Origin: Bacteroidales bacterium
GTDB taxonomy: Bacteria; Bacteroidota; Bacteroidia; Bacteroidales; VadinHA17
Assembly (NCBI GenBank): GCA_017882305.1
Contig: JADGPU010000001.1
Location: forward strand, 7,789-71,788
Reading direction: 5' to 3'
Length of the DNA: 64,000 nucleotides
A program made the position numbers and the translations under genes. The notes under the pieces are model-generated. The model had not been told where the DNA came from. It did not search any database and saw only the letters and a list, made by a program, of their open reading frames with translations. Shown here one piece after another: positions 43,462 to 52,907 of this stretch (its first letter is position 1; each line of letters starts with the position of its first letter).

Positions 43462-45546
43462 ATGAAAGGTGGTTCCATTTTTAAAAAAATCATCTATTCT
43501 TCCGTTTTTCTGGCAGGTATCCCTGCCATTTTAATTATATTGTTTCTCCCACCATTAGGTACCAAGTCCAGATTGCAGATTGAACCTGTGGATAAAAACT
43601 CCTCTGTCAATGTTTATACTGATCTGAATTCAGACACCATTTCGGAAGTTGTCCGTTCAGGGAAAGGAGTTCCATATTTCCATATCCTCGTACTGAATAA
43701 TGATATGCGGGTTTACGATCAGTGGAACTTACAGGACAGTATGGACCTGGATATGTCAGACTTTTTCTTTAGTAATTTTGATCACGATCGTTATAAAGAA
43801 ATTTACGTTTTCACTTACAAAGACGATTCACTATTTCTTAATATTAATGAGTTTTTTGATCCCGCAGGAACAAAATTGGATCGTATTTATATTACAAAAA
43901 TCAGGGTTATAAATAAAAAGGTAACCTCTGTTATCTGGCCTGCAGGTTTTTTTGATACGAATGGTGATGGAAAAGATGAACTTTTTTTCAGCATTCAGAC
44001 AGGTTTTGGTGTCGAACCACGACGGCTTTATTCTTTTGATATTGTTCACAAGGAATTGAAATCAAGTCAGCTGACCGGTGAGATCTGTCAATTTCCAAAG
44101 ATGGTTGATTCTGATGGAGATGGCAGACCGGAAATTTTTGGATTAATGGGTGCATCCGGAAATTCCAAAACATGGTTCCCCTTCAGTGACTGGAGTACAT
44201 GGCTGATGGTATTTAATGACAGCTTAAAATTTAAATTTCCACCAGTTGAGTTTCCGGGACTTACAAATCTCCTGGAAATAAACTCTTACACAAATGGTGG
44301 ATTTAAGGGATACATAGTATCACATAATACCGGGTCAGCCGATACAACAGTGATTAAACCGAGAATAATGTTTTATTCGTTAGATGGAAAAAAGATACGG
44401 GAACGCCTTTTCAGCGATTTAGGCTTTAATACCCTCACACGGTTGGTGGTTTTGAAAAGCAGGAATGCAGACCGAATTTATCTTTTAGGTAAAGAATTTT
44501 TCGAACTCAATGATCAAATTTCGGTTATAAACAGGGTCAAATCTCCATTCAATTCATTATTCACTTATTCCTACATTGAAGACATTGATTTTGACGGTGA
44601 ACCTGAGTTACTTCTTTATTCTTTAAGTGAGGAAAAGCTGGTTATTTATACTGCAGCTTTACAAAAGATTGGTGAAACCAAACTTAAAGGTACTCAACAA
44701 TTATTCAGATTTTCTCATTATTCATCAAAGGATCATGAAAATAAAACATTTCTAAATGCAGGAGGGGGGTACGGTTACTTTCTGAAGCTAAGAAGTAACA
44801 GCTACTATTACCTCGGATATATGGCATATGCAGGCATTTACCTGTTATTCTTCGGGTTCATAATTCTGATAAAAAGAATTAATACTCTTCAGGTAGTACA
44901 AAAAGAGAGTTTAAACCGCCGGTTGGTAACGCTTCAGTTACAGGGCATTAAGTCACAACTTGATCCGCATTTCACTTTTAATACACTGAATTCTATTGCC
45001 TCTCTGATTTACCTTGAGGATCGTCAGTTAGCTTATGACTATATGAATAAGTTCACTCAACTGCTCAGGGGTCTGATTAACGATGCCGAACGGATTTACA
45101 GGAGTCTTGGGGAAGAACTGGAGTTTGTAACCACATACCTTGATCTGGAAAAATTAAGGTTTGGCGATAAATTTAATTATGAGATAATTATCGGGGAGAA
45201 CGTAAGCCAACGAGAGCAAGTACCAAAGCTTGTCTTGCATACATTTGCAGAAAATGCTATAAAACATGGTATCATGTCGCGTACTGAAGGAGGAATTCTG
45301 AAAATAAGAGCTGAAAAGGATAAGGATTATCTGATACTTTCTATTGAAGATAATGGCATTGGAAGAGAAAAATCTGAAGGTCAAAGTACATCTACGGGCA
45401 AAGGTCTGAGACTTACAAGAGAATTTTATGATATTCTTAATCAGATCAATAAAAAGCCGATACGACACTTTATTATTGATTTACATGATGAAACCGGGGA
45501 TTCTATTGGAACGAGGGTAGAGGTATGGGTGCCGATTGAAGAGTAA
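43462..45546 (+). CDS. LytS/YehU-type sensor histidine kinase with a large FG-GAP-like extracytoplasmic domain
   Basis: TM helix, repeats DTNGDGKDELF / DSDGDGRPEIF / DIDFDGEPELL, a second TM, His_kinase motif LDPHFTFNTLNSI, and an ATPase domain (EDNGIG, GKGLRL). Confidence 0.85.
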   Translation: MKGGSIFKKIIYSSVFLAGIPAILIILFLPPLGTKSRLQIEPVDKNSSVNVYTDLNSDTISEVVRSGKGVPYFHILVLNNDMRVYDQWNLQDSMDLDMSDFFFSNFDHDRYKEIYVFTYKDDSLFLNINEFFDPAGTKLDRIYITKIRVINKKVTSVIWPAGFFDTNGDGKDELFFSIQTGFGVEPRRLYSFDIVHKELKSSQLTGEICQFPKMVDSDGDGRPEIFGLMGASGNSKTWFPFSDWSTWLMVFNDSLKFKFPPVEFPGLTNLLEINSYTNGGFKGYIVSHNTGSADTTVIKPRIMFYSLDGKKIRERLFSDLGFNTLTRLVVLKSRNADRIYLLGKEFFELNDQISVINRVKSPFNSLFTYSYIEDIDFDGEPELLLYSLSEEKLVIYTAALQKIGETKLKGTQQLFRFSHYSSKDHENKTFLNAGGGYGYFLKLRSNSYYYLGYMAYAGIYLLFFGFIILIKRINTLQVVQKESLNRRLVTLQLQGIKSQLDPHFTFNTLNSIASLIYLEDRQLAYDYMNKFTQLLRGLINDAERIYRSLGEELEFVTTYLDLEKLRFGDKFNYEIIIGENVSQREQVPKLVLHTFAENAIKHGIMSRTEGGILKIRAEKDKDYLILSIEDNGIGREKSEGQSTSTGKGLRLTREFYDILNQINKKPIRHFIIDLHDETGDSIGTRVEVWVPIEE

Positions 45547-45556
45547 TTTATTAGTC

Positions 45557-45973
45557 TTATAAATATTTCCTGTCTTCCTCGGGTATGTCAAAATATTTAT
45601 TATAGGTTTTAACATCAGGACCACTCTTTTCTTCTATTTTATTTCCCCTGATCTTATAAGTACACTTTTCTCCTGCAATACCTGAAAAATAAATGTTGTA
45701 CTCTTTTCCATCGTCATCAATCATTATAATCCTTACCAGATGATTGTACTTGGCACTGTTTAATTGTGAGTGACAGATAGGACACGTATAAATATATTCT
45801 TCACCTTCTTTTATATGGAAAGAAGGATGTGTTGTGGTTGTGTAGTTCCCGATCTCAGGATTCAAAAAAATCAATCCTCTTGCAGGACTGTTGGTTTTTG
45901 AGGCAGCAAGTACAATTGAAGTTTTAACTTTGAGATGTCCCCTGCATACTTTACAAAGATATTCTACAGCCAT
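45557..45973 (-). CDS. Hypothetical CxxC...CxxC protein, last gene of the hydrogenase operon
   Basis: 138-aa ORF with CKVCRGH and CPICHSQ about 60 residues apart. Its start overlaps the protease gene by 23 nt. Confidence 0.6.
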   Translation of the reverse strand: MAVEYLCKVCRGHLKVKTSIVLAASKTNSPARGLIFLNPEIGNYTTTTHPSFHIKEGEEYIYTCPICHSQLNSAKYNHLVRIIMIDDDGKEYNIYFSGIAGEKCTYKIRGNKIEEKSGPDVKTYNKYFDIPEEDRKYL

Positions 45974-46430
45974 GATGCACCTCCTGCTTGTTTATTAGTT
46001 TAATAATCTTATCTGCAACATTCTTTACAAGGTACGACAAATTTTCACCAAAGTCAATTTTTTCAGGTTGGATTCCGAGTACATAAACAGGCATCGTGAA
46101 GAATTCCGATAACCGTCTCAATGAAATATTATGAGTATTAAAAGTCAGATCCTGTATCTGCCTTAGTGATAGTAGTTTAAATGTTCCCGTAATGGCCTTC
46201 AAATCCACACAGTCAATAAGTATCAGTATATCGGGATTCAGACTAACTATTTTCCCGATATAATTTTCAATGCTTGCCTCTACGGTGAGCGATAATATTG
46301 AATCGTTTGTCCTTATTCTTTTGCTTATATATACACCGACACCATCATCCATTTTGAGAAGATTTCCGATTCCTACAAAAAGCTTTTTTTTATCTTTTTG
46401 GAACAGGATTTTATTTAGGTCATCATGCAT
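45951..46430 (-). CDS. hycI: Hydrogenase maturation endopeptidase (HycI/HyaD family)
   Basis: VGIGNLLKMDDGVGVY (GxGNxxxxDDGxG), LIDCVD, and FNTHNISL. Confidence 0.85.
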   Translation of the reverse strand: MHDDLNKILFQKDKKKLFVGIGNLLKMDDGVGVYISKRIRTNDSILSLTVEASIENYIGKIVSLNPDILILIDCVDLKAITGTFKLLSLRQIQDLTFNTHNISLRRLSEFFTMPVYVLGIQPEKIDFGENLSYLVKNVADKIIKLINKQEVHHGCRISL

Positions 46431-47043
46431 CCCTGAATAAGTATTTTATCTGGATTTGTCTCAGACAGTTAGGGCATATAATATTGAACATATCTTTTCT
46501 TTTCAGGTTATCTGTAATTTCAGAAGCAATGGACTGCCCTTCGGCCAGCTTTAGTTTCTCATTTAGCAGATTCAGATTCAGGATGGAAGAAAATGCTTTC
46601 GGACCAAGTTTCCTATGCATAAAATGAAGATGCTCCTTAGTTGTTATTACTGCATGGCAACTTTTACAAATGAGGAGTTCTTTTTCCTGGAATTCAACAT
46701 TTTTTTGTCTGTCAAACACAGCCAGGTCAAAAATTTTATCCGATAGTTTCACTCCTTTGCCGGTAATACAATGATCCTGACACTGCCCACAAAAGATACA
46801 CTTCCCGTAATCTCTTTTTATTGTCCTGATTCCCTTTTCTTTATCATCGACAAATGTTATAGCCTCTGGTGGACAAACATTTGCGCAGGTTTCACAACCA
46901 ACACAGTTCTCATCATCGACAACAGGCTTACCTCTGAAGTTTTCGAAAGGGACATGAGGTTCCTTCGGGAACTTCGATGTGTACGCAGGTGTGAAAAGAG
47001 AAACGAGTGCCTCTTTAACTTCTCTTACTTTAGGATACTTCAT
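46423..47043 (-). CDS. NuoI/MbhN-like 2x[4Fe-4S] subunit with a Cys-containing C-terminal extension
   Basis: CVGCETCANVCPP and CIFCGQCQDHC, with additional CKSCH ... CPNCL pairs in the last ~90 aa. Confidence 0.8.
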   Translation of the reverse strand: MKYPKVREVKEALVSLFTPAYTSKFPKEPHVPFENFRGKPVVDDENCVGCETCANVCPPEAITFVDDKEKGIRTIKRDYGKCIFCGQCQDHCITGKGVKLSDKIFDLAVFDRQKNVEFQEKELLICKSCHAVITTKEHLHFMHRKLGPKAFSSILNLNLLNEKLKLAEGQSIASEITDNLKRKDMFNIICPNCLRQIQIKYLFRDA

Positions 47044-47366
47044 TTTACAGCATCTTTATAATCATCTTTAACACTTTTATCTCCAAGTTTGATCCCGAAA
47101 TGGTAGGTCCCTCTGATAAGTGCATGAGCTGCAACAGTAGATCCAAAGAAAAGTATCGGTATCGCTATCAGAGCTTTTGTACTTGCGTCGCTAAGTCCGA
47201 AATGGAAGACCACTCCAAGCAGTATGCTGCAGCATCCCAGTGTTACGGCTTTTGTTGCTGCCTGGAGTCTATTGTAAGTATCAGGAAGTCTTATTATTCC
47301 AATACAACCCAGGAGGTTGAAGATAATTCCGATTGTTATAAAAATCAGGCTGATCATATTACTCAT
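47040..47366 (-). CDS. mrpG: Mrp/Mnh antiporter subunit G (MbhC-like)
   Basis: LLGCIGIIRLPDTYNRLQAATKAVTLG matches the MnhG signature. Confidence 0.85.
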   Translation of the reverse strand: MSNMISLIFITIGIIFNLLGCIGIIRLPDTYNRLQAATKAVTLGCCSILLGVVFHFGLSDASTKALIAIPILFFGSTVAAHALIRGTYHFGIKLGDKSVKDDYKDAVK

Positions 47367-47625
47367 TTAGTTTTTTACCCGTAAGATATTTGGCAAGCGT
47401 CAATGTGCCGATAAAACTCAGAATAATCCAGGCAATTCCGATGTCGAGAATAAATGACCTTTCTGTTTGAATGGAGATAATAGCACAAACCCCGACTACC
47501 AGTATTCCGAAAATATCTGCTCCTACCATCCTGTCGGGGATTGTAGGTCCTCTGATAATTCTGTACATGCAAATCCCGCTAAGACCTATCTGAACCCAAA
47601 GCAGTATATTAAGCCAGGTACTCAT
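47359..47625 (-). CDS. mrpF: Mrp/Mnh antiporter subunit F (MbhB-like)
   Basis: 88 aa with YRIIRGPTIPDRMVGADIFG. Confidence 0.85.
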   Translation of the reverse strand: MSTWLNILLWVQIGLSGICMYRIIRGPTIPDRMVGADIFGILVVGVCAIISIQTERSFILDIGIAWIILSFIGTLTLAKYLTGKKLNE

Positions 47626-48107
47626 TCTATTATTCTTTTAATATATTTTTCAAATGCTCCGGTTATAATTCCTGTGTAAACTTCAGGATCATCTGAGCTT
47701 ATATAGATCCAATGAATATACAGGTAGTCATCTATAATGTCGACAGAAATAGTCCCCGGTGTCATCGTAATCGAATTTGCAAGCAGCATTTTTGCCATAT
47801 CAGACTTTAATGTGGTTTTCACTTTCACAATACCTGGCCTGATCGGCATTGACGGATGAAGTACCCTGTAAGCGACATCTATATTTGCTTTTATACACTC
47901 CCAGATAAAAACTACCAGATAGACAAGAAACCAGAAATATCGGTGAGGTTGAATAAGTTTATATACATTTTTTACAAAAAACCTGGTGAATAATGCAGCA
48001 GTAATGAGAGAAGCTACCACTCCGACAATAAGATTGGGAATGGTAAATTCGAATGTTAACATTATCCAAAAGATCATTGATAATATAAAGACTGTAATGT
48101 ATCTCAT
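47622..48107 (-). CDS. mrpE: Mrp/Mnh antiporter subunit E (MbhA-like)
   Basis: ANIDVAYRVLHP and NSITMTPGTISVD. Confidence 0.85.
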   Translation of the reverse strand: MRYITVFILSMIFWIMLTFEFTIPNLIVGVVASLITAALFTRFFVKNVYKLIQPHRYFWFLVYLVVFIWECIKANIDVAYRVLHPSMPIRPGIVKVKTTLKSDMAKMLLANSITMTPGTISVDIIDDYLYIHWIYISSDDPEVYTGIITGAFEKYIKRIIE

Positions 48108-48108
48108 T

Positions 48109-49647
48109 TCATTGAACTAATATTGATGTTGAATATTTTACAGGATCAGTCAGAATATTGATTGCTGGAGTGAGAATTGCATCTCTGATTTCAGGTATAA
48201 CAAGAAGGCTTAGAAGAACACAGATAATGCTCAATACAACCATGCTGAACACCATCGGAAACGGTACTTCTCTGATATTATGATTCTTAGAATTATTTGA
48301 TCTGTTGAAAAAAGCATATCTCTGGAATTTAAGAAATGAAGCCAGAGTAATTATGCTGACTATTACTGCCAGTGCGGCAAGCAGATAAAACTTAGCCATG
48401 ACAGCGGCAATTATGATTATCAGCTTGCTGAAAAAGCCATTGAAAGGGGGAACTCCTGAAATAGACATTGATGCAATAAATGATGTTGCAGATGTTACCG
48501 GCATTGACTTCGCCAGTCCCCCCATCTCCTTAAGGTTACGGGTTCCAATGGTATATTCAATAGCACCTGCATTAAGAAATAAAAGTCCTTTAAATGCCGC
48601 ATGGTTAACAAGGTGGAAAAGGCCACCGGCAATTGCAAGCGAGGCAATCTCCGGTTTAGTTCCTCTGGAGACAAGGATCATCCCAATTCCAACCGACATT
48701 ACCACATAACCCATCTGGCTGATACTGTGATATGCAAGAAGTCTTTTAATGTCCCATTGCCCGATCGCCAGGAATACTCCAATTACCATAGACACAGTTC
48801 CAAGGGCTGTGATCAGTACTGCCATACCTTCGCTGATGGCGAACATGTTAAAAAATAATCTGATAATTACATAGATTCCGACAGCTTTAATAAATACACC
48901 TGACAGCATAGCTGAAATAGGTGAAGGAGCTGATGAGTGAGCGTCAGGCAGCCATGCATGAAAAGGAATTATGGCAGCTTTCAGACCAAAGCCGCTTAAT
49001 ATCAGAATCTGAATGAAGAGATAAGTTGTTTTATTATAACCGCTGCTGAAGGATGCTTTTATATCGGCAATATTCAGCGTTTTGGTTTTCCAGTAAATGA
49101 ATCCGATCCCGAAAAGAATTAAAAATGAGGCAAGCCCGCCAAGTATCTGATATTTAAATGAGGCCTCAAGTTCATTACTTTCAACTCCGAATGCTACCAA
49201 AGCATAGGATGAAATAACGGAAATTTCAAGGAATACGAAAATATTGAAAAGATCACCACTGAGAACTACTCCGTTCATCCCCCCGATCAAAAGACAGAAT
49301 AATGCGTAGAAATAGTTTCCGGCAGTATATCTTTTAATATAAGAAATTGAATAAAAAGCCGATAAGAAACCAATCAGGTTTATTATGCAAACTACAATTA
49401 CAGAAAATCCATCCATAACCATATAGATACCGATTGGAAGACTGTTTATTGGTTCCCAGCCACCAACTTTATATACAAATATTTTTTCTCCGGTTGTGAA
49501 AAGGAAATAGAAACTGATACAGGTCAGTAAGAGAAGGACAAGCGAGGTGAAGTATTTGTTAAACTCTTCTATAAACCTTCCGATAATCATTATCAGGAAA
49601 GCTCCAGCCAGAGGAATAATAACAAATAGTGGTATCAATGGATTCAT
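48109..49647 (-). CDS. mrpD: MrpD/NuoM-N-like antiporter-type subunit (second of two)
   Basis: 512 aa, polytopic. WLPDAHSSAPSPISAMLSG and LAYHSISQMGY. Confidence 0.9.
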   Translation of the reverse strand: MNPLIPLFVIIPLAGAFLIMIIGRFIEEFNKYFTSLVLLLLTCISFYFLFTTGEKIFVYKVGGWEPINSLPIGIYMVMDGFSVIVVCIINLIGFLSAFYSISYIKRYTAGNYFYALFCLLIGGMNGVVLSGDLFNIFVFLEISVISSYALVAFGVESNELEASFKYQILGGLASFLILFGIGFIYWKTKTLNIADIKASFSSGYNKTTYLFIQILILSGFGLKAAIIPFHAWLPDAHSSAPSPISAMLSGVFIKAVGIYVIIRLFFNMFAISEGMAVLITALGTVSMVIGVFLAIGQWDIKRLLAYHSISQMGYVVMSVGIGMILVSRGTKPEIASLAIAGGLFHLVNHAAFKGLLFLNAGAIEYTIGTRNLKEMGGLAKSMPVTSATSFIASMSISGVPPFNGFFSKLIIIIAAVMAKFYLLAALAVIVSIITLASFLKFQRYAFFNRSNNSKNHNIREVPFPMVFSMVVLSIICVLLSLLVIPEIRDAILTPAINILTDPVKYSTSILVQ

Positions 49648-49650
49648 ATT

Positions 49651-49989
49651 TTATCCTCTTAAGTTTTTTATCTCTCTTATATCGAAAGTCCCATACTTTC
49701 TGTAAAGCCTTATAATGACGGCCATGAGCATCGCAGTCGTTGCCAGTCCGATAACAATGGCTGTAAGCACCAGTGCCTGTGGTAAAGGATCAACATATAC
49801 TTTCACAGGATCAGTCGGATCTACGATTGGTGCAACTCCGCCATCAATATAACCTATAAGTGTGAAGAACAAAAAGGTACTTATTTCCATTATCGAAAGT
49901 GAAACAGCAATCTTAATCAGGTTTCTCCTGGTTATTACGCCGTATAATCCGACCAGAAACAATATGAAACACATTATATAAGCAATCAT
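49651..49989 (-). CDS. mrpC: MrpC/NuoK-like subunit (MbhG-like)
   Basis: 112 aa with 3 TM helices and LTAIVIGLATTAMLMAV. Confidence 0.85.
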   Translation of the reverse strand: MIAYIMCFILFLVGLYGVITRRNLIKIAVSLSIMEISTFLFFTLIGYIDGGVAPIVDPTDPVKVYVDPLPQALVLTAIVIGLATTAMLMAVIIRLYRKYGTFDIREIKNLRG

Positions 49990-50423
49990 TCTTTAGACTC
50001 CTCCTTAAAGATTATCAATGAAAGAAATATTATAAATATTGATGCAGCGACCTCAGTTCCAACAAAAATATTGTAAAGAGGTAATACACCTGCACTTACA
50101 AGATGTCCGACAATTCCTTTCGGAAGAAAATTGTTAAAGAAGATTTTAGTCCCGAATATAAAACCGGAAACGGCAACGAGTATAACCAGGATCGTAGCTA
50201 AACTTTCGATTATGGTAGTTCCTGATTCTTCTTTTATGAGTTTCATAAAATCGCCACCATTAGAAAGCGTAATCAGTATGAGAGAGCCTGCAATAACGAC
50301 TCCGCCTGCAAATCCTCCTCCCGGAGTAAGATGACCATGTACTATAACATAAATCCCGTACATAAAAATCATACCTGCAATAAGCTGGGTGGTTTTTTTT
50401 ACTATTAGTGTCATCCCTTTCAT
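49986..50423 (-). CDS. mrpB: MrpB-like subunit (MbhF-like)
   Basis: GHLTPGGGFAGGVVIA. ATG at 50423 is chosen; the track's TTG at 50438 lies inside the heptamer array. Confidence 0.8.
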   Translation of the reverse strand: MKGMTLIVKKTTQLIAGMIFMYGIYVIVHGHLTPGGGFAGGVVIAGSLILITLSNGGDFMKLIKEESGTTIIESLATILVILVAVSGFIFGTKIFFNNFLPKGIVGHLVSAGVLPLYNIFVGTEVAASIFIIFLSLIIFKEESKE

Positions 50424-50429
50424 AAAGCA

Positions 50430-50504
50430 AAAAGTCAAAATTCAAAAGTCAAAACTCAAAACTCAATATTCAATCTGCACCCTGCATCCTGCACCCTGCA
50501 ACTC
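50430..50504. repeat. 7-nt-period array (11 units) filling an intra-operon gap
   Basis: aaaagtc aaaattc aaaagtc aaaactc aaaactc aatattc aatctgc accctgc atcctgc accctgc aactcct. Confidence 0.85.
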
Positions 50505-51032
50505 CTATTTCTTCCCTCTTAATCTTAAAATAGTCAGCACTCCCAATACTGCTGTTACAAGTACGACCGCTTCCCCCATCGTATCGTAACCCCTGAAATC
50601 AAAAACAACACCTGTTACAAGATTAGCACTACCGGTTTTTTGTGCAGCACCTTCTATATAATGTTTTGCCATTCTTAACGAACTTTTCCCAAGAACATCA
50701 AGCGACTGAATTGAAACAGTATAAAAATAAAGGAGTAGCAAGCCCAGGAAAATTGCGGTTACTGCAGAAATATATCCCTGGGTATCAAGTTTTAAATATG
50801 ATTCCTCGCGGGAGCTGTCGAGGACAACAGCAACCATAATTATCAGAGTTATTGTATCAACTACGATCTGAACAATTGCGAGGTCGGGTGCTTTCAGAAG
50901 TAAAAAACATATTACCAGACTATATCCTACAAGACCACAAGCTATTACTGAAGAAAGCAAATCCCTGGCATGGATAGCATACAATGCCCCGAAAATCATG
51001 AATCCTACTATTATAGATATGGTCAGGTCCAT
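50505..51032 (-). CDS. MrpA C-terminal-domain / MbhD-E-like subunit (DUF4040 + MnhB-related segment)
   Basis: 175 aa. [17 protein letters not shown], with a C-terminal [22 protein letters not shown]. Confidence 0.75.
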   Translation of the reverse strand: MDLTISIIVGFMIFGALYAIHARDLLSSVIACGLVGYSLVICFLLLKAPDLAIVQIVVDTITLIIMVAVVLDSSREESYLKLDTQGYISAVTAIFLGLLLLYFYTVSIQSLDVLGKSSLRMAKHYIEGAAQKTGSANLVTGVVFDFRGYDTMGEAVVLVTAVLGVLTILRLRGKK

Positions 51033-51047
51033 TTCAGCTTTAATTAT

Positions 51048-52907
51048 TTATATCATAATAAGTAGCATAACTATTAATCCTGCAAAAACCCAGATGACAT
51101 AACCAGGTAATACTCCAGCATGAGCTTCACTCAACTGGTGACTAAGCCAGAGTACAAACTTTTTTGACAGGTCATAAATGTCAAACCATCGTTCTTCAGC
51201 TTTTTTATAGATCCATGAAAACAACCGGAATTCACCAATTGTTTTATAGAATTCCGTAGTGGAATAACTTGTCTGATCCTGAATTTTTTCTCCTCCGATA
51301 AAGCTATCTTCAGTTCTGAATTTCTTAAGATTGAATGCCAGATAGAGAATTATTCCAAGAATTATTGAGGTTAGAACAAGCAACGATACAAATGATGAAT
51401 TCCAGAATCCCTTGAATTGAAATGCACCTGAAACAGGCATGAATAGTTTTGGTACAATGAAATTTGTGGCAAATACACCAAAAAAGATACAGAATAAAGC
51501 AAGGATAACCAGTGGTACCAACATCATAACTGGTACTTCCCTGACCTTTTCAAACTCTGGCCTCCGTCGGCCCAGGAAGATTCCACCTATTAATTTAATA
51601 AAGCTTGCAAGAGTAAGCGCTGATCCAAGCACTGCCAATCCAAGCCATAATACCCAAAGTTTATTAGCCAAACCTGATCCGGTTCCAAAATCAATTATTC
51701 CCTGGTATATCATCCATTTTGAAGCAAAACCGTTTAATGGAGGTACTCCTGAAATAGACATGGCAAAAATCAGAGCTGCAAAGAATGTAACAGGCATTGC
51801 TTTTGACAGACCACCAAGGTTGTCGATATCTTCTTCCCCGGTACGAAATTCCACGCATCCGGCAGAGAGGAAAAGCCCGCTTTTATATAAGGCATTATTT
51901 ATCATATGGAACAGACCTGCTGCCACACCTATCATCGAACCAAGTCCGAATCCGAGAATCATATAACCCACCTGCGAAACTGCATGAAATCCGAGCAACC
52001 GTTTGTAATTATGCTGAACCAGAGCCATCATTACAGCAGTGATAATTGAAATCGTTCCAAGAGATAACAGAAGAATCCTCATCCATTCATTCAGGACGAA
52101 TATACAAGTGGTTAACCTGGCAAGAAAGTAAATACCCAGAAGCTTATCAAGGGAAGCAGGAAGATAAGCAGATGAAGAGGCCGGTGCACTCTTTGCATAA
52201 TCCGGAACCCATGTATGAAACGGGAAAGCGCCCGCTTTAGTGAAACTCCCAATAAGTAAAGCCAGAAAAGCAACAACTGACAATACATTTGTGGTTGGTA
52301 ACGATATACCTCCCATACTTAAAGAACCGGTAAGCTTCCACAGGATTGCGATCCCGATTATCATAATACTATCGGAAGCTCCAATAAGAATGAGAGTTTT
52401 CTTGGCAGTTGCGGAGCTTTCCTCATCAGTGCCTTGTATCAGCTTATATAAAGTTATTCCAAGAATACCCCAGAATAAAATGAATAAAAGCAGGTTATCA
52501 GATACAACGGCACCATATGCACAACCAAGAGTAATAAGAAAATACGGATAATAGTTTCTGACTCTTCCATCTTTAATATAAGCCAGTGAATATATTAGGA
52601 TTAAAAAGCTAAAAAGACTGATAAACATGATAATAAGTCTGCTAAGGTTATCGCAGTTGAATGCCATATACCTTCCGGCATCATGAAGAAAGTCAAAACC
52701 AAAAACAAACATTGTTGAACCGGATGAAAGCTCATTCAGATGATGAAGCTGACTACCTGAACTGTAAATTACAATTGTAAGATAACCTGTAACGATACTT
52801 ACCAGCAGAGCAATAATACCTTTGACGGTTCTGAATTTTTCCGGAACGAAAAAAAGTAAAAGGCCGATAAAAACAGGCAGGGCAATTATGCTGATGATCT
52901 CTGTCAT
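51048..52907 (-). CDS. MrpA-N/NuoL/MbhH-like antiporter-type subunit (first of two)
   Basis: 619 aa, polytopic. WVPDYAKSAPASSSAYL and LGFHAVSQVGYM. Confidence 0.9.
   Translation of the reverse strand: MTEIISIIALPVFIGLLLFFVPEKFRTVKGIIALLVSIVTGYLTIVIYSSGSQLHHLNELSSGSTMFVFGFDFLHDAGRYMAFNCDNLSRLIIMFISLFSFLILIYSLAYIKDGRVRNYYPYFLITLGCAYGAVVSDNLLLFILFWGILGITLYKLIQGTDEESSATAKKTLILIGASDSIMIIGIAILWKLTGSLSMGGISLPTTNVLSVVAFLALLIGSFTKAGAFPFHTWVPDYAKSAPASSSAYLPASLDKLLGIYFLARLTTCIFVLNEWMRILLLSLGTISIITAVMMALVQHNYKRLLGFHAVSQVGYMILGFGLGSMIGVAAGLFHMINNALYKSGLFLSAGCVEFRTGEEDIDNLGGLSKAMPVTFFAALIFAMSISGVPPLNGFASKWMIYQGIIDFGTGSGLANKLWVLWLGLAVLGSALTLASFIKLIGGIFLGRRRPEFEKVREVPVMMLVPLVILALFCIFFGVFATNFIVPKLFMPVSGAFQFKGFWNSSFVSLLVLTSIILGIILYLAFNLKKFRTEDSFIGGEKIQDQTSYSTTEFYKTIGEFRLFSWIYKKAEERWFDIYDLSKKFVLWLSHQLSEAHAGVLPGYVIWVFAGLIVMLLIMI

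Noticed and set aside
14619-50504. Whether the periodic intergenic arrays could be CRISPR arrays.
   Set aside because: The periods are 7-9 nt with no unique spacers, the arrays are at most 150 nt long, and no cas genes are present.
51439-51966. Long antisense ORFs nested in real genes. Examples are 51439..51966, 25146..25565, 39120..39530, 62431..62877, 11395..11880 and 35965..36339.
   Set aside because: Each lies opposite a gene with clear family motifs. They have low-complexity, Ser/Pro/Ile-rich composition and no recognisable domains.
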